Assembly (NCBI GenBank): GCA_963699255.1
Contig: OY969425.1
Span: forward strand, 690,001 to 722,000
Origin: an uncultured bacterium
Lineage (GTDB): Bacteria; Margulisbacteria; WOR-1; CAVSGV01
Direction: 5' to 3'
Length of the DNA: 32,000 bases
The notes beneath the pieces were generated by a model. That model was not told the origin of the DNA. It saw nothing but the letters and a program-made list of their open reading frames with translations, and searched no databases. Shown in pieces: positions 1 through 7,825 of the stretch (position 1 is the stretch's first letter; every line of letters begins with the position of its first letter). The position numbers and the translations under genes were made by a program.

Positions 1-161
1 CCGGCGATGACGGCCAGCACCCTGCCGCCCAGAACATCATGAGCCACCTTCAGGAGGAGGCTTGAGTCAACGCCGCCGGAAAATGCAACAAGGAGACTCC
101 CGTATTTCCCGAGAATCTCCTTGAGCTTATCGTATTTCGATCGAATTACCGAGAAGGACAC
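1..161 (-). CDS. PP-loop ATP pyrophosphatase, LarE/TIGR00268-like; only the first ~53 codons lie in the window
   Basis: Minus-strand translation from GTG (161-159) gives SFSVIRSKYDKLKEILGKYGSLLVAFSGGVDSSLLLKVAHDVLGGRVLAVIAG. SGGVDS is the PP-loop motif. The GTG overlaps the TAG of the upstream gene by 1 nt. Absent from the ORF track because it is truncated. Confidence 0.6.
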   Translation of the reverse strand, partial: MSFSVIRSKYDKLKEILGKYGSLLVAFSGGVDSSLLLKVAHDVLGGRVLAVIA

Positions 162-682
162 TATTTGCCCTTTTTCTTCGCTTTTACTGTCTGAGCAGGA
201 GCTTTTATTACCGCTGCGTTGCGTTGATTTTGCATCTGCTGCATTCGGTTCATCGCCCTTGTCTTACGGTCAGCGTTGATCTGCTGCATCTTCGTTTTCT
301 GATCCGCCGTTAATACGTTACTCGCATCCTTTGCCGCAGAAAGCCTGTTCAGTATTATCTGAGGCCTGACATTTTCAAGGTCGCGGACCTTTGATGCGAC
401 CTGATCATAATCAGGATTATCCGCCCTCACAAGATCCCTTATTGACTTTGTCAGGTCGTCCCTTTGCTTAATAAGATCGGCATTTTGCTTTTTCAGATTG
501 TCCCTGATGCTGTTCAATTTTACGACCTGATCGTTCGTCAGGCCGAGCTGGTCCTTTACCGAGACATATCTGGCAGTGTTATCGGTAGCTATAGCCACCG
601 AATCGTCAACCATGTCCTGAGCGAACGAGGCAAACCCCAATAGCAACAACATGCAAACAGATAAAACCATGTATCTTTTCAT
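161..682 (-). CDS. Periplasmic Spy/CpxP/ZraP-family (LTXXQ) protein
   Basis: Signal peptide MKRYMVLSVCMLLLLGFASFAQD. Two LTXXQ motifs (LTNDQ, LTADQ). K/Q/D-rich helical sequence. SD GAGGAGGTGA lies 6 nt upstream. ATGA overlap with the YHS gene. Confidence 0.7.
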   Translation of the reverse strand: MKRYMVLSVCMLLLLGFASFAQDMVDDSVAIATDNTARYVSVKDQLGLTNDQVVKLNSIRDNLKKQNADLIKQRDDLTKSIRDLVRADNPDYDQVASKVRDLENVRPQIILNRLSAAKDASNVLTADQKTKMQQINADRKTRAMNRMQQMQNQRNAAVIKAPAQTVKAKKKGK

Positions 683-840
683 TTTTTCACCTCCTCGTTC
701 TTTATATATTTTTCGGGATTCCTGTCAAATTCCTTCTTGCATGTGGCCGAGCAGAAAAAATAATTCCTGCCCTTGTAAAAGGTCTTCTGCGTCACTTTTT
801 TCTCGTCCACATCCATTCCGCAAACGGGATCTTTGGCCAT
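679..840 (-). CDS. YHS/TRASH-type small metal-binding protein (53 aa), missing from the ORF track
   Basis: Translation is MAKDPVCGMDVDEKKVTQKTFYKGRNYFFCSATCKKEFDRNPEKYIKNEEVKK. It fits the YHS pattern DPVCGM...(Y/F)FCS..C...F. SD AAGAGG lies 9 nt upstream. Its stop overlaps the next ATG. Confidence 0.8.
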   Translation of the reverse strand: MAKDPVCGMDVDEKKVTQKTFYKGRNYFFCSATCKKEFDRNPEKYIKNEEVKK

Positions 841-852
841 AAATAAAACCTC

Positions 853-1176
853 TTATTTGCTTTTTTTTATCATGCCCTTATGCATCATTCCCTTCTCTTT
901 CATCATATCCTGCATCATTGAAGGGTTCTTTTCCATTTTCTCCATCATCATTTCGCATTTCGCGCATTTCTCTCCCATCATGCCCCTGCCCATCATTCCA
1001 TAATGTCCTCTTCCCGTTGCCCCTAATACAAGGACCATTACGGCAATAAGCGCGACAAGAACGGCTATTATCTGGCCCGCGAGCTTCATGTTCCCGGATT
1101 CTTTATTTGCGAGGGCAAGCACTATGTATGCAAAAGCGAGGATGAATATCACTAATGTGATCATTCCATATATCAT
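853..1176 (-). CDS. Small two-TM membrane protein with a Met-rich, CxxC-containing C-terminal tail (putative Cu(I)-binding)
   Basis: Two hydrophobic helices are followed by HYGMMGRGMMGEKCAKCEMMMEKMEKNPSMMQDMMKEKGMMHKGMIKKSK (15 Met in the last 50 residues). SD GGGGAGGTGA lies 6 nt upstream. The gene is directly downstream of copA. Confidence 0.6.
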   Translation of the reverse strand: MIYGMITLVIFILAFAYIVLALANKESGNMKLAGQIIAVLVALIAVMVLVLGATGRGHYGMMGRGMMGEKCAKCEMMMEKMEKNPSMMQDMMKEKGMMHKGMIKKSK

Positions 1177-1178
1177 TC

Positions 1179-3404
1179 TTATTCACCTCCCCTTACAGAA
1201 AACTTATACCTTCTCATTAAAAGCGCATTGGCAACGACCGAAACAGAGCTGAATGCCATTGCGGTGCCAGCAATTATAGGATTAAGCAGGAATCCTGTAA
1301 AGGGGTAAAGTAATCCGGCCGCGACGGGGATGCCTACGATGTTATAAATGAACGCCCAGAACAATCCCTGCTTTATCTTTCTCATGGTGTAACCGGAGAG
1401 GTCTATGGCCATCGCCACGTCCCTTAGATCCCCTTTTATCAGGACTATATCGGCCGATTCTATCGCCACGTCGGTCCCGGAACCTATTGCTATACCCACA
1501 TCGGACTGCGCGAGCGCGGGAGCGTCATTTATCCCGTCGCCCACCATTGCGACGATGTTCCCTTCGCTCTGAAGTTTTTTTATCCGGTCTGATTTATCGG
1601 CGGGAAGGACATCGGAGATGATCCCGTCCGCGCCGACCAGCCTGCCGATCGCCTGCGCCGTCCTGGAATTATCGCCCGTGATCATCATCACCTTCTTGCC
1701 TGTCCTGTGAAGCATTTCAACTGCCGGTATCGAGCTTTCCTTCAAGGTATCGGCGACCGCGATAAGTCCGGCGGCTTTCCCGTTCACGGAGACGATCATC
1801 GTCGTCTTGCCCTGGTCTTCGAGTTCCTCCAGCTTTAAAGAAATAGAGGAGATATCGATATTCCTCTCCGACATCAGCTTCCTGTTGCCGAGAAGCACCC
1901 GTTCACCCCGTAAACTGATCTCAACGCCCTTCCCGGAGATCGAATTGAACGATTCAGGGTCGGGAACATCTATATTGAGAGATCTTGCCCTGCTCATGAT
2001 CGCTTCCGCAAGCGGATGCTGGCTGCGCTTCTCGGCGGCCGCGGCATACATTATGATATCCCTGCCCCCGGGCGCTGTTATTTCATCAGTTACTTCCGGC
2101 CTGCCGTTGGTAAGCGTACCGGTCTTGTCAAAAACCACGGTATTCAATTTCTGCGCGATCTGAAGCGCCTTCGCGTTCTTTATGAGTATCCCCATCTGGG
2201 CCCCCATGCCCGCTCCCACCATGACCGTGATCGGCGTCGCAAGTCCCAGAGCGCACGGACATGAAATAACAAGAACCGTTATGAGGATGGAAAGCGCAAA
2301 GATAAAACTCTGTCCCAGAAGCATCCACACGACAAGCGAGGCCAGCGCAAGAGCTACGACGGACGGGACAAAATAAGCCGCTATCGTGTCGGCGAGGTCC
2401 TGGATCGGCGCCTTGCTTGTCTGCGCTTCCTCAACTATCTTTATTATCTGGGCGAGAAGCGTTTCTGACCCGACCTTGGTGGCTTTGAAGGCGAACGAAC
2501 CCGTCTTATTCATCGTAGCGCCGATGACCTTGTCGCCGGCCTTTTTCTCGACGGGTATGCTCTCTCCCGTCACCATGGATTCGTCCACGCTTGAATTGCC
2601 GCCGGTCACCGTTCCGTCAACGGGTATTTTCTGCCCGGGCTTCACCACGACCGTGTCCCCCGGCACGACATCTTCAATGGGGATCTCGGCTTCTCCGGAG
2701 CCCCTCATGACAAGGGCCGTCTTTGGCCTGAGCCCGATGAGCTTTCTTATCGCGTCAGACGTCCTTCCCTTCGCGATGGCTTCGAACAATTTGCCGAGCA
2801 GGATAAAGGTGATAAGGAACGCGGAGGTTTCATAATAAAGATCGCGGCCCAGCACCGGATGCCCCGACCATATAAAAACGGAAACGATCACGCTGTAAAC
2901 ATACGCCGCCCCCACGCCGAGAGCGACGAGAGTGTCCATGTTGGAGACGCGCATTTTAATGAGGGTGAACAAGCCTCTCGAGAAGAATATCCCTCCCGCA
3001 AACATGACGGGCGTCGCGAGCAGGAACTGTATCAGCGCCATGTTATCCTCAAGGAACTTCGGCAGGGTGAACATGAAAGAGAACATATATATCAGAAGAG
3101 GTATGCTGAAGATGAGGGAGACGATGAACCTGTTCCTGAGGTTCTTTATGACCGCTTCCCGTGCCTGCCTTCCCGCATCGCCGGAAATTCCTTTTTCCTC
3201 GACGGGAGTATAGCCTTCTTCCCGGATGTCCGCCTTGATCCTGTCAATGGTCACCCTGTCAGGATCATAGGTGATCTTCGCTTTTTCATTGACCTGAAGG
3301 TCGCGGGATATTATGCCGGGCAGTCTGTCCAGGACTCCGCCTACAATGCCGACGCAGTGGGCATTATCCATGCCGATGACCTTAAGTTCTACCGAGACGC
3401 TCAT
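1179..3404 (-). CDS. copA: Cu(I)-translocating P1B-type ATPase
   Basis: Motifs [22 protein letters not shown] in a TM helix, YN (FIYNIVG) and MxxSS (AMAFSSVS), the Cu(I) P1B-1 signature. The N-terminal HMA-like domain reads GMDNAHC instead of GMTCxxC. Confidence 0.93.
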   Translation of the reverse strand: MSVSVELKVIGMDNAHCVGIVGGVLDRLPGIISRDLQVNEKAKITYDPDRVTIDRIKADIREEGYTPVEEKGISGDAGRQAREAVIKNLRNRFIVSLIFSIPLLIYMFSFMFTLPKFLEDNMALIQFLLATPVMFAGGIFFSRGLFTLIKMRVSNMDTLVALGVGAAYVYSVIVSVFIWSGHPVLGRDLYYETSAFLITFILLGKLFEAIAKGRTSDAIRKLIGLRPKTALVMRGSGEAEIPIEDVVPGDTVVVKPGQKIPVDGTVTGGNSSVDESMVTGESIPVEKKAGDKVIGATMNKTGSFAFKATKVGSETLLAQIIKIVEEAQTSKAPIQDLADTIAAYFVPSVVALALASLVVWMLLGQSFIFALSILITVLVISCPCALGLATPITVMVGAGMGAQMGILIKNAKALQIAQKLNTVVFDKTGTLTNGRPEVTDEITAPGGRDIIMYAAAAEKRSQHPLAEAIMSRARSLNIDVPDPESFNSISGKGVEISLRGERVLLGNRKLMSERNIDISSISLKLEELEDQGKTTMIVSVNGKAAGLIAVADTLKESSIPAVEMLHRTGKKVMMITGDNSRTAQAIGRLVGADGIISDVLPADKSDRIKKLQSEGNIVAMVGDGINDAPALAQSDVGIAIGSGTDVAIESADIVLIKGDLRDVAMAIDLSGYTMRKIKQGLFWAFIYNIVGIPVAAGLLYPFTGFLLNPIIAGTAMAFSSVSVVANALLMRRYKFSVRGGE

Positions 3405-4366
3405 ATGGAAAGTTTTTCAGCTAGCTCCAGTACGGACCTGTCTATGGTCTTTTTCACTCTCACCGCTCTGGCAAAATCGGTCGCCACTATCTTCCCGTTC
3501 TGCATCCCGACAAGCTTGTTCCTGCTGCCTTTGAGGAGCAGCTCGACGGCCGCAGATCCGAGCTTGCAGGCAAGCGCCCTTGATTCTGCGGACGGGGACC
3601 CGCCTCTTTGAATGTGCCCGAGCACCGTTACCCGGACGTCCACTTTAAGTTTCTTTAAAATGTACTCCCCGAGAACATGCCCCCTGCACACGCCCTCCGC
3701 GGTCACGATAATGCTGCTGTGCTTTCCCCTGTCCATGCCTTCCCTCAGCCTTTTGCAGACCCTGTCAAAATCGCATTTTACTTCCGGCACCAGTATTATC
3801 TCCGCTCCCGCTCCAAGCCCCACTTCAAGAGCGATGAAGCCGTTGTCCCGGCCCATCACCTCGATGATGAATATCCTCTCGTGGGACGCCGCGGTGTCGC
3901 GGATCTTGTCTATCGCGTCAAGGGCCGTATTGACCGCCGTATCGAACCCTATCGTCGAATCAGTGCACGGAATGTCATTGTCAATGGACGCGGGAACCGC
4001 CATCGAAACGATGCCAAATTCTTTTTGAAGGTCGTACGCGCCGCCCAGAGAGCCGTTGCCGCCTATGATTATCAAAGCGTCTACATTGTGGTCCTTAAGC
4101 TGCCTTGCCGCGATCCTCCTGAAGGATTTCTTCTTGAATTCCGGGCATCGGACGGTATGAAGTATGGTTCCTCCCCTGTTCAATATACCTGAAACGGATT
4201 TAAGGTCCATAGAGTGGATATCGCCGCCGATAAGCCCCGCATATCCGCGATCTATGCCCATAACACGGAGCCCGTGAAAGATCGCCGTTCTTACGACAGC
4301 CCTTATAGCAGTGTTCATTCCGGGGGCATCTCCTCCCGGGGTAACGACGCCGATTGTTTTTATCAT
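3401..4366 (-). CDS. pfkA: 6-phosphofructokinase
   Basis: N-terminus [25 protein letters not shown] family layout ([25 protein letters not shown]). 4-nt overlaps with both neighbours. Confidence 0.9.
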   Translation of the reverse strand: MIKTIGVVTPGGDAPGMNTAIRAVVRTAIFHGLRVMGIDRGYAGLIGGDIHSMDLKSVSGILNRGGTILHTVRCPEFKKKSFRRIAARQLKDHNVDALIIIGGNGSLGGAYDLQKEFGIVSMAVPASIDNDIPCTDSTIGFDTAVNTALDAIDKIRDTAASHERIFIIEVMGRDNGFIALEVGLGAGAEIILVPEVKCDFDRVCKRLREGMDRGKHSSIIVTAEGVCRGHVLGEYILKKLKVDVRVTVLGHIQRGGSPSAESRALACKLGSAAVELLLKGSRNKLVGMQNGKIVATDFARAVRVKKTIDRSVLELAEKLSI

Positions 4367-5802
4367 ACAGACACCTTCCCTTCGGTAACTATCTTGATCG
4401 AATGATAGATTATATCAAGCATTCCGCTTAAATCCACGTTCGAAATGCAGAACGGAGGCATAATAACGATAATGTCCGAGAGAGGCCGTATTATCAGACC
4501 GCGCTTCCTCGCTTCCATTATCACATTGATGCCGATCTTTTCGGACACTCGGTATTCTTTCTTAGTTCTCTTATCCTTTACAAGCTCTATTCCCGCAAGG
4601 AAGCCGCACTGGCGCACGTCTCCTACATGATTAAGCTTGCGGAATCCCCTGAGCTTTTCGGCCAGCAATCTTATCTTTGGCTGCAACTTTTGCAGCGTTC
4701 TCTCTTTACTGAAAACATCTATCGACGCTATTGCCGCGGCGCACCCGAGGGGATTCCCGGTGTAGGTGTGTCCGTGATAAAAAGTCCTGTGGCTCTCCTG
4801 CGTGCCAAGGAAAGCCTTGAATATTTTTTCCGTTGTCAGGGTCGCGGCAACAGGAAGATACCCACCGGTCAGGCCCTTAGCGACGATCATTAGATCGGGC
4901 TTCACGCCTTCGTGCTCACAGGCGAACATTTTGCCGGTCCTTCCAAATCCCATCGCAACTTCATCGACTATCATCAGAATATTGTATTTCGTGCAAAGTT
5001 TTCTTATCCCCTTAAGATACCCTTTCGGATACACAAGAATTCCCGCCGCCGCCTGGACAAGCGGCTCCACTATCATCGCGGCGATCTCCTTGTGATGAGC
5101 TTTCATTATCGTTTCAACCGCTTTCAAACACTTCATCTCGCACTTCGCATCCCTGCCCGCCGAAGCCTTGGCGTAGGCGGGTCGCATCTCACATCTGTAG
5201 CAATACGGTGTCGGCGCCTTGAACGATCTGAAAAGCAGCGGTTTATACATCTTATGGAACAGGTCGATCCCCCCGACCGAAACGGACCCGATGGTGTCCC
5301 CATGATATGCGTTAACCAGAGTTAAGAACTTTGTCTTGAATTTGGGATTTTGAAATTGTTTAGGATTTCGGATTTCGGATTTCGGATTTTTTCTCTGCTG
5401 CCAATATTGGAACGCCATCTTTAACGCTATCTCGACGCCTTCCGATCCCGAATCAGAATAAAAAACCCTGGTCAACCCTTTCGGCGCAAGTTCGATGATC
5501 TTTTCGGCAAGCAAGGTTGCCGGAACATTCGATAATCCGAGCATCGTCGAATGCGCGATCTTGTCGATCTGTTTTTTTACCGCCCTGTCGATGGCCGGAT
5601 GCCTGTGGCCGTGAACATTCACCCAGAGGGAAGAAACGCCGTCGATGTACCATTTGCCGTCAATGTCCTTGATCCACGCGCCCCGGCCTTCCTCAATGAT
5701 AAGCGGCTCTTCTTTCATCCAATCCCGCATCTGAGTGAAAGGATGCCAGATATACTTATGATCAATATCTTTCAATATATTTTGTTTCATGGTTGTCTCC
5801 AA
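4363..5802 (-). CDS. bioA: Adenosylmethionine-8-amino-7-oxononanoate aminotransferase
   Basis: Class-III aminotransferase motifs (YHGDT, DEVAMGFGRTGK, HGHTYTGNP) and biotin operon context. Carries a heptamer-encoded loop insertion (NPKSEIRNPKQFQNPK). Confidence 0.9.
   Translation of the reverse strand: METTMKQNILKDIDHKYIWHPFTQMRDWMKEEPLIIEEGRGAWIKDIDGKWYIDGVSSLWVNVHGHRHPAIDRAVKKQIDKIAHSTMLGLSNVPATLLAEKIIELAPKGLTRVFYSDSGSEGVEIALKMAFQYWQQRKNPKSEIRNPKQFQNPKFKTKFLTLVNAYHGDTIGSVSVGGIDLFHKMYKPLLFRSFKAPTPYCYRCEMRPAYAKASAGRDAKCEMKCLKAVETIMKAHHKEIAAMIVEPLVQAAAGILVYPKGYLKGIRKLCTKYNILMIVDEVAMGFGRTGKMFACEHEGVKPDLMIVAKGLTGGYLPVAATLTTEKIFKAFLGTQESHRTFYHGHTYTGNPLGCAAAIASIDVFSKERTLQKLQPKIRLLAEKLRGFRKLNHVGDVRQCGFLAGIELVKDKRTKKEYRVSEKIGINVIMEARKRGLIIRPLSDIIVIMPPFCISNVDLSGMLDIIYHSIKIVTEGKVSV
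5363..5390. repeat. Tandem heptamer block GGATTTC x3 + GGATTTT (decayed units extend back to ~5336), in-frame inside bioA
   Basis: Direct reading: ggatttc ggatttc ggatttc ggatttt. On the coding strand it encodes NPKSEIRNPK. Confidence 0.9.
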
Positions 5803-5865
5803 AACGGAAAGCGTTATGCGGTAGCGTCCTCATTCCCCACACGCCACCCCTGAACACAAGACGCT

Positions 5866-6525
5866 TTACATCAATTTCTCCAATATCTTCTGCGCCCTGA
5901 TCTGCTTCAAAAGCTCCTTGAAAGAGCTTTTCGCGCGGATCATGCCTATCACCGGTACGCCGGAAAGCTCCTCGATGACCTGTTTATTGGTCTTCTGGGA
6001 AGGCTCCCTGCCGTTAAAGCCGTTCATGATGATGCCGGCGATCCTGATCTTCCTTTTCCTCAGCGCATCAATCGTCATCAAAGTATGATTAATGGTGCCA
6101 AGCCCTGCCCTGGTTATTATGATCGCCGGAATACCCAGGTCTTTTATCATATCCGCGATATAATAGTCCCTTTTAACAGGCGCAAGCGCCCCGCCGAGGC
6201 CTTCCACAAAGACCAGTCCCCGGCCGTTCTTGAGTTTTTGGACGTTCTTTTTGATCCTGTTCATATCGATGCTGATCTTTTCGGCCTTCATCGCCGCGTA
6301 AGGGGATAAAGGCTGCCTGAATTTCACCGGATTGATCGAATCGATGGTGTCCTTGAGGTCCAATTTTGCTCTGTAAAATCGCGCGTCCTCGATCCCTCCG
6401 CAGGATATCGGCTTGCTTATGCCGATCATAAAGCCGTTTGACTGCGCGACATATCCCAGCCCCGCTGTTATGAACGTTTTGCCGACCTCGGTGTCTGTAC
6501 CCGTAATGAAATACGCTTTAGACAA
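5866..6525 (-). CDS. bioD: Dethiobiotin synthetase (TTG start)
   Basis: P-loop ITGTDTEVGKT, operon context. The start codon reads TTG, with GAGGGA 6 nt upstream. Confidence 0.88.
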   Translation of the reverse strand: MSKAYFITGTDTEVGKTFITAGLGYVAQSNGFMIGISKPISCGGIEDARFYRAKLDLKDTIDSINPVKFRQPLSPYAAMKAEKISIDMNRIKKNVQKLKNGRGLVFVEGLGGALAPVKRDYYIADMIKDLGIPAIIITRAGLGTINHTLMTIDALRKRKIRIAGIIMNGFNGREPSQKTNKQVIEELSGVPVIGMIRAKSSFKELLKQIRAQKILEKLM

Positions 6526-6541
6526 AATATTCCCTCGTCTC

Positions 6542-6569
6542 GGAGCCTGAGGCTGAACGCCTCGGCTCC
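6542..6569. other. GC-rich hairpin in the bioF-bioD spacer
   Basis: ggagcc-t-gaggc / tgaac / gcctc-ggctcc: an 11-bp stem with one bulge and no following T-run. Confidence 0.6.
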
Positions 6570-6588
6570 ATGTTATTATGATAGGTCC

Positions 6589-6602
6589 AACTAGATCTAG
6601 TT
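6589..6602. other. Perfect 14-bp palindrome AACTAGATCTAGTT
   Basis: Self-complementary on direct reading. Confidence 0.7.
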
Positions 6603-6626
6603 ACGCCCATATGACAAATTGGAACC

Positions 6627-6659
6627 GCGACTTTCCTTACCGCCTCTGGCGGTAGTCGC
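6627..6659. other. GC-rich hairpin immediately after the bioF stop
   Basis: gcgact-(ttcctt)-accgcc / tct / ggcggt-agtcgc: 12 paired bases with a 6-nt internal bulge. Confidence 0.55.
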
Positions 6660-6665
6660 AGATTC

Positions 6666-7592
6666 CTAGCCAAGAAATTCACCTTTCATTTCATCAAGCA
6701 GGTCCGCAAGCTTATTGATATCTTCTTTTGTGTGTTTGGCCGTTACGCTCAATCTGAGGCGCGAAGTCCCCTCAGGCACGGTCGGCGGCCTGATAGCGGA
6801 AAGGAGTATCCCTTTATCATACAGGAACTCCGATGCTTTCATGGCTTTCTTGGCATCCCCGACGAATATCGGTATTATCTGGGTGGTGGATCCCATGGTA
6901 TTCAGTGCCATCCGGGCCAGCCTTTTCTTAAGGTACGCGATGTTGTTCCATATGGCCCTGCGGAAAGAGTCGTCCTTCCTTATTATTTCCAGCGCGGCTA
7001 TGGATGCCGCGGTAACGGCAGGCGGCAGCGCGGTGGTATATATGAAAGACCTGGCCTTGTTCTTAAGATATTCGATAAGTTTGCTCGTCCCGGATACGAA
7101 TCCGCCCAGCGACCCGACCGCCTTGCTCAGCGTCCCCATTATGATCATGTCCCTTTTTGCCGCGGGATACTTCATCTCAAGAGGCAGGATGCCCGTCGAA
7201 TGAGCGGTATCAATCATCAGCATGGCGTTATACTTTTTCGAAAGGGCGGCAAGCTCATACAGCGGCGCCACGTCGCCGTCCATGCTGAACACATGGTCGG
7301 TCACGATAAGTATCCTCCGGAAGTTATTCGCCTTAGCCAGTATCTTCTCAAGCCGGTACATGTCCCTGTGGGGATATACCAGCAGTTTCGCCCCCGAAAG
7401 CCTGGCGCCGTCTATGATGCTCGCGTGGTCGAGGCGGTCTATGATGACGGCATCGTCTTTCCCGACAAGCGCCTGTATGGTCCCCATGTTAGCCATGTAA
7501 CCGCTGGGAAATACTATGGATGCTTCCGTGTTCTCGTACGCCGAGTATCTCGTATTCCAGTTCTTCATGTATGGCGTAGTTGCCGGAGACAA
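6666..7592 (-). CDS. bioF: 8-amino-7-oxononanoate synthase, C-terminal ~290 residues (frameshifted gene, part 2)
   Basis: Homology-like sequence starts at SAYENTEASIVFPSGYMANMG. Also DHASIIDG and the PLP-Lys region GTLSKAVGSLGG. Continues the 7489..7824 ORF after a 1-nt frame change near 7541-7551. Confidence 0.85.
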   Translation of the reverse strand: MSPATTPYMKNWNTRYSAYENTEASIVFPSGYMANMGTIQALVGKDDAVIIDRLDHASIIDGARLSGAKLLVYPHRDMYRLEKILAKANNFRRILIVTDHVFSMDGDVAPLYELAALSKKYNAMLMIDTAHSTGILPLEMKYPAAKRDMIIMGTLSKAVGSLGGFVSGTSKLIEYLKNKARSFIYTTALPPAVTAASIAALEIIRKDDSFRRAIWNNIAYLKKRLARMALNTMGSTTQIIPIFVGDAKKAMKASEFLYDKGILLSAIRPPTVPEGTSRLRLSVTAKHTKEDINKLADLLDEMKGEFLG

Positions 7593-7824
7593 GCCGCGAT
7601 GCTCCCGCGCCGACGCCGTGCGTCTTAAGGACTTCTATCGCCTTTTCGATCACTTTCGGATGGCTGGAAAGGCCAAGGTAGTCGTTCGAGCAGAAATTTA
7701 TCAGCTGCTTCCCCTTAATGACGACCTTTGAATCAAGCCCTTCTTCTATGGCTTTCAGCGTCCTGTATAGATCGTTCTTTTTTATTTCATTAAGCTCCTC
7801 GTTGATGAAATCCATCCTTGCCAT
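7489..7824 (-). CDS. bioF: 8-amino-7-oxononanoate synthase, N-terminal ~93 residues (frameshifted gene, part 1)
   Basis: LINFCSNDYLGLSSHPKVI...GVGAGASRLVSGNYAIHEELEYEI is typical BioF. The remaining tail (LGVREHGSIHSISQRLHG) is out-of-frame junk. Confidence 0.85.
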   Translation of the reverse strand: MARMDFINEELNEIKKNDLYRTLKAIEEGLDSKVVIKGKQLINFCSNDYLGLSSHPKVIEKAIEVLKTHGVGAGASRLVSGNYAIHEELEYEILGVREHGSIHSISQRLHG

Positions 7825-7825
7825 G

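Noticed and set aside
651-842. 63-aa plus-strand ORF in the track (MQTDKTMYLFIFSPP...)
   Set aside because: It has no SD and a low-complexity sequence. The opposite strand encodes a textbook YHS protein with an SD and translational coupling, so this ORF is its shadow.
2859-3611. Long ORFs antisense to, or out of frame with, real genes. Examples: 2859-3611, 6732-7628, 11384-12118, 12179-13069, 15137-15883, 20345-21082, 25009-25740, 27434-27994.
   Set aside because: Each lies entirely within a gene that has strong family motifs. Their translations are Arg/Pro/Ser-rich junk without motifs. These are typical shadow ORFs.
5165-5200. Isolated GAGATG units in bioA encoding RCEMR and KCEMK
   Set aside because: Only one or two units are present and there is no 4-unit block. 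A Cys-rich CYRC...C...C segment is common at this position in BioA homologues, so I did not count it as a repeat insertion. It remains ambiguous.
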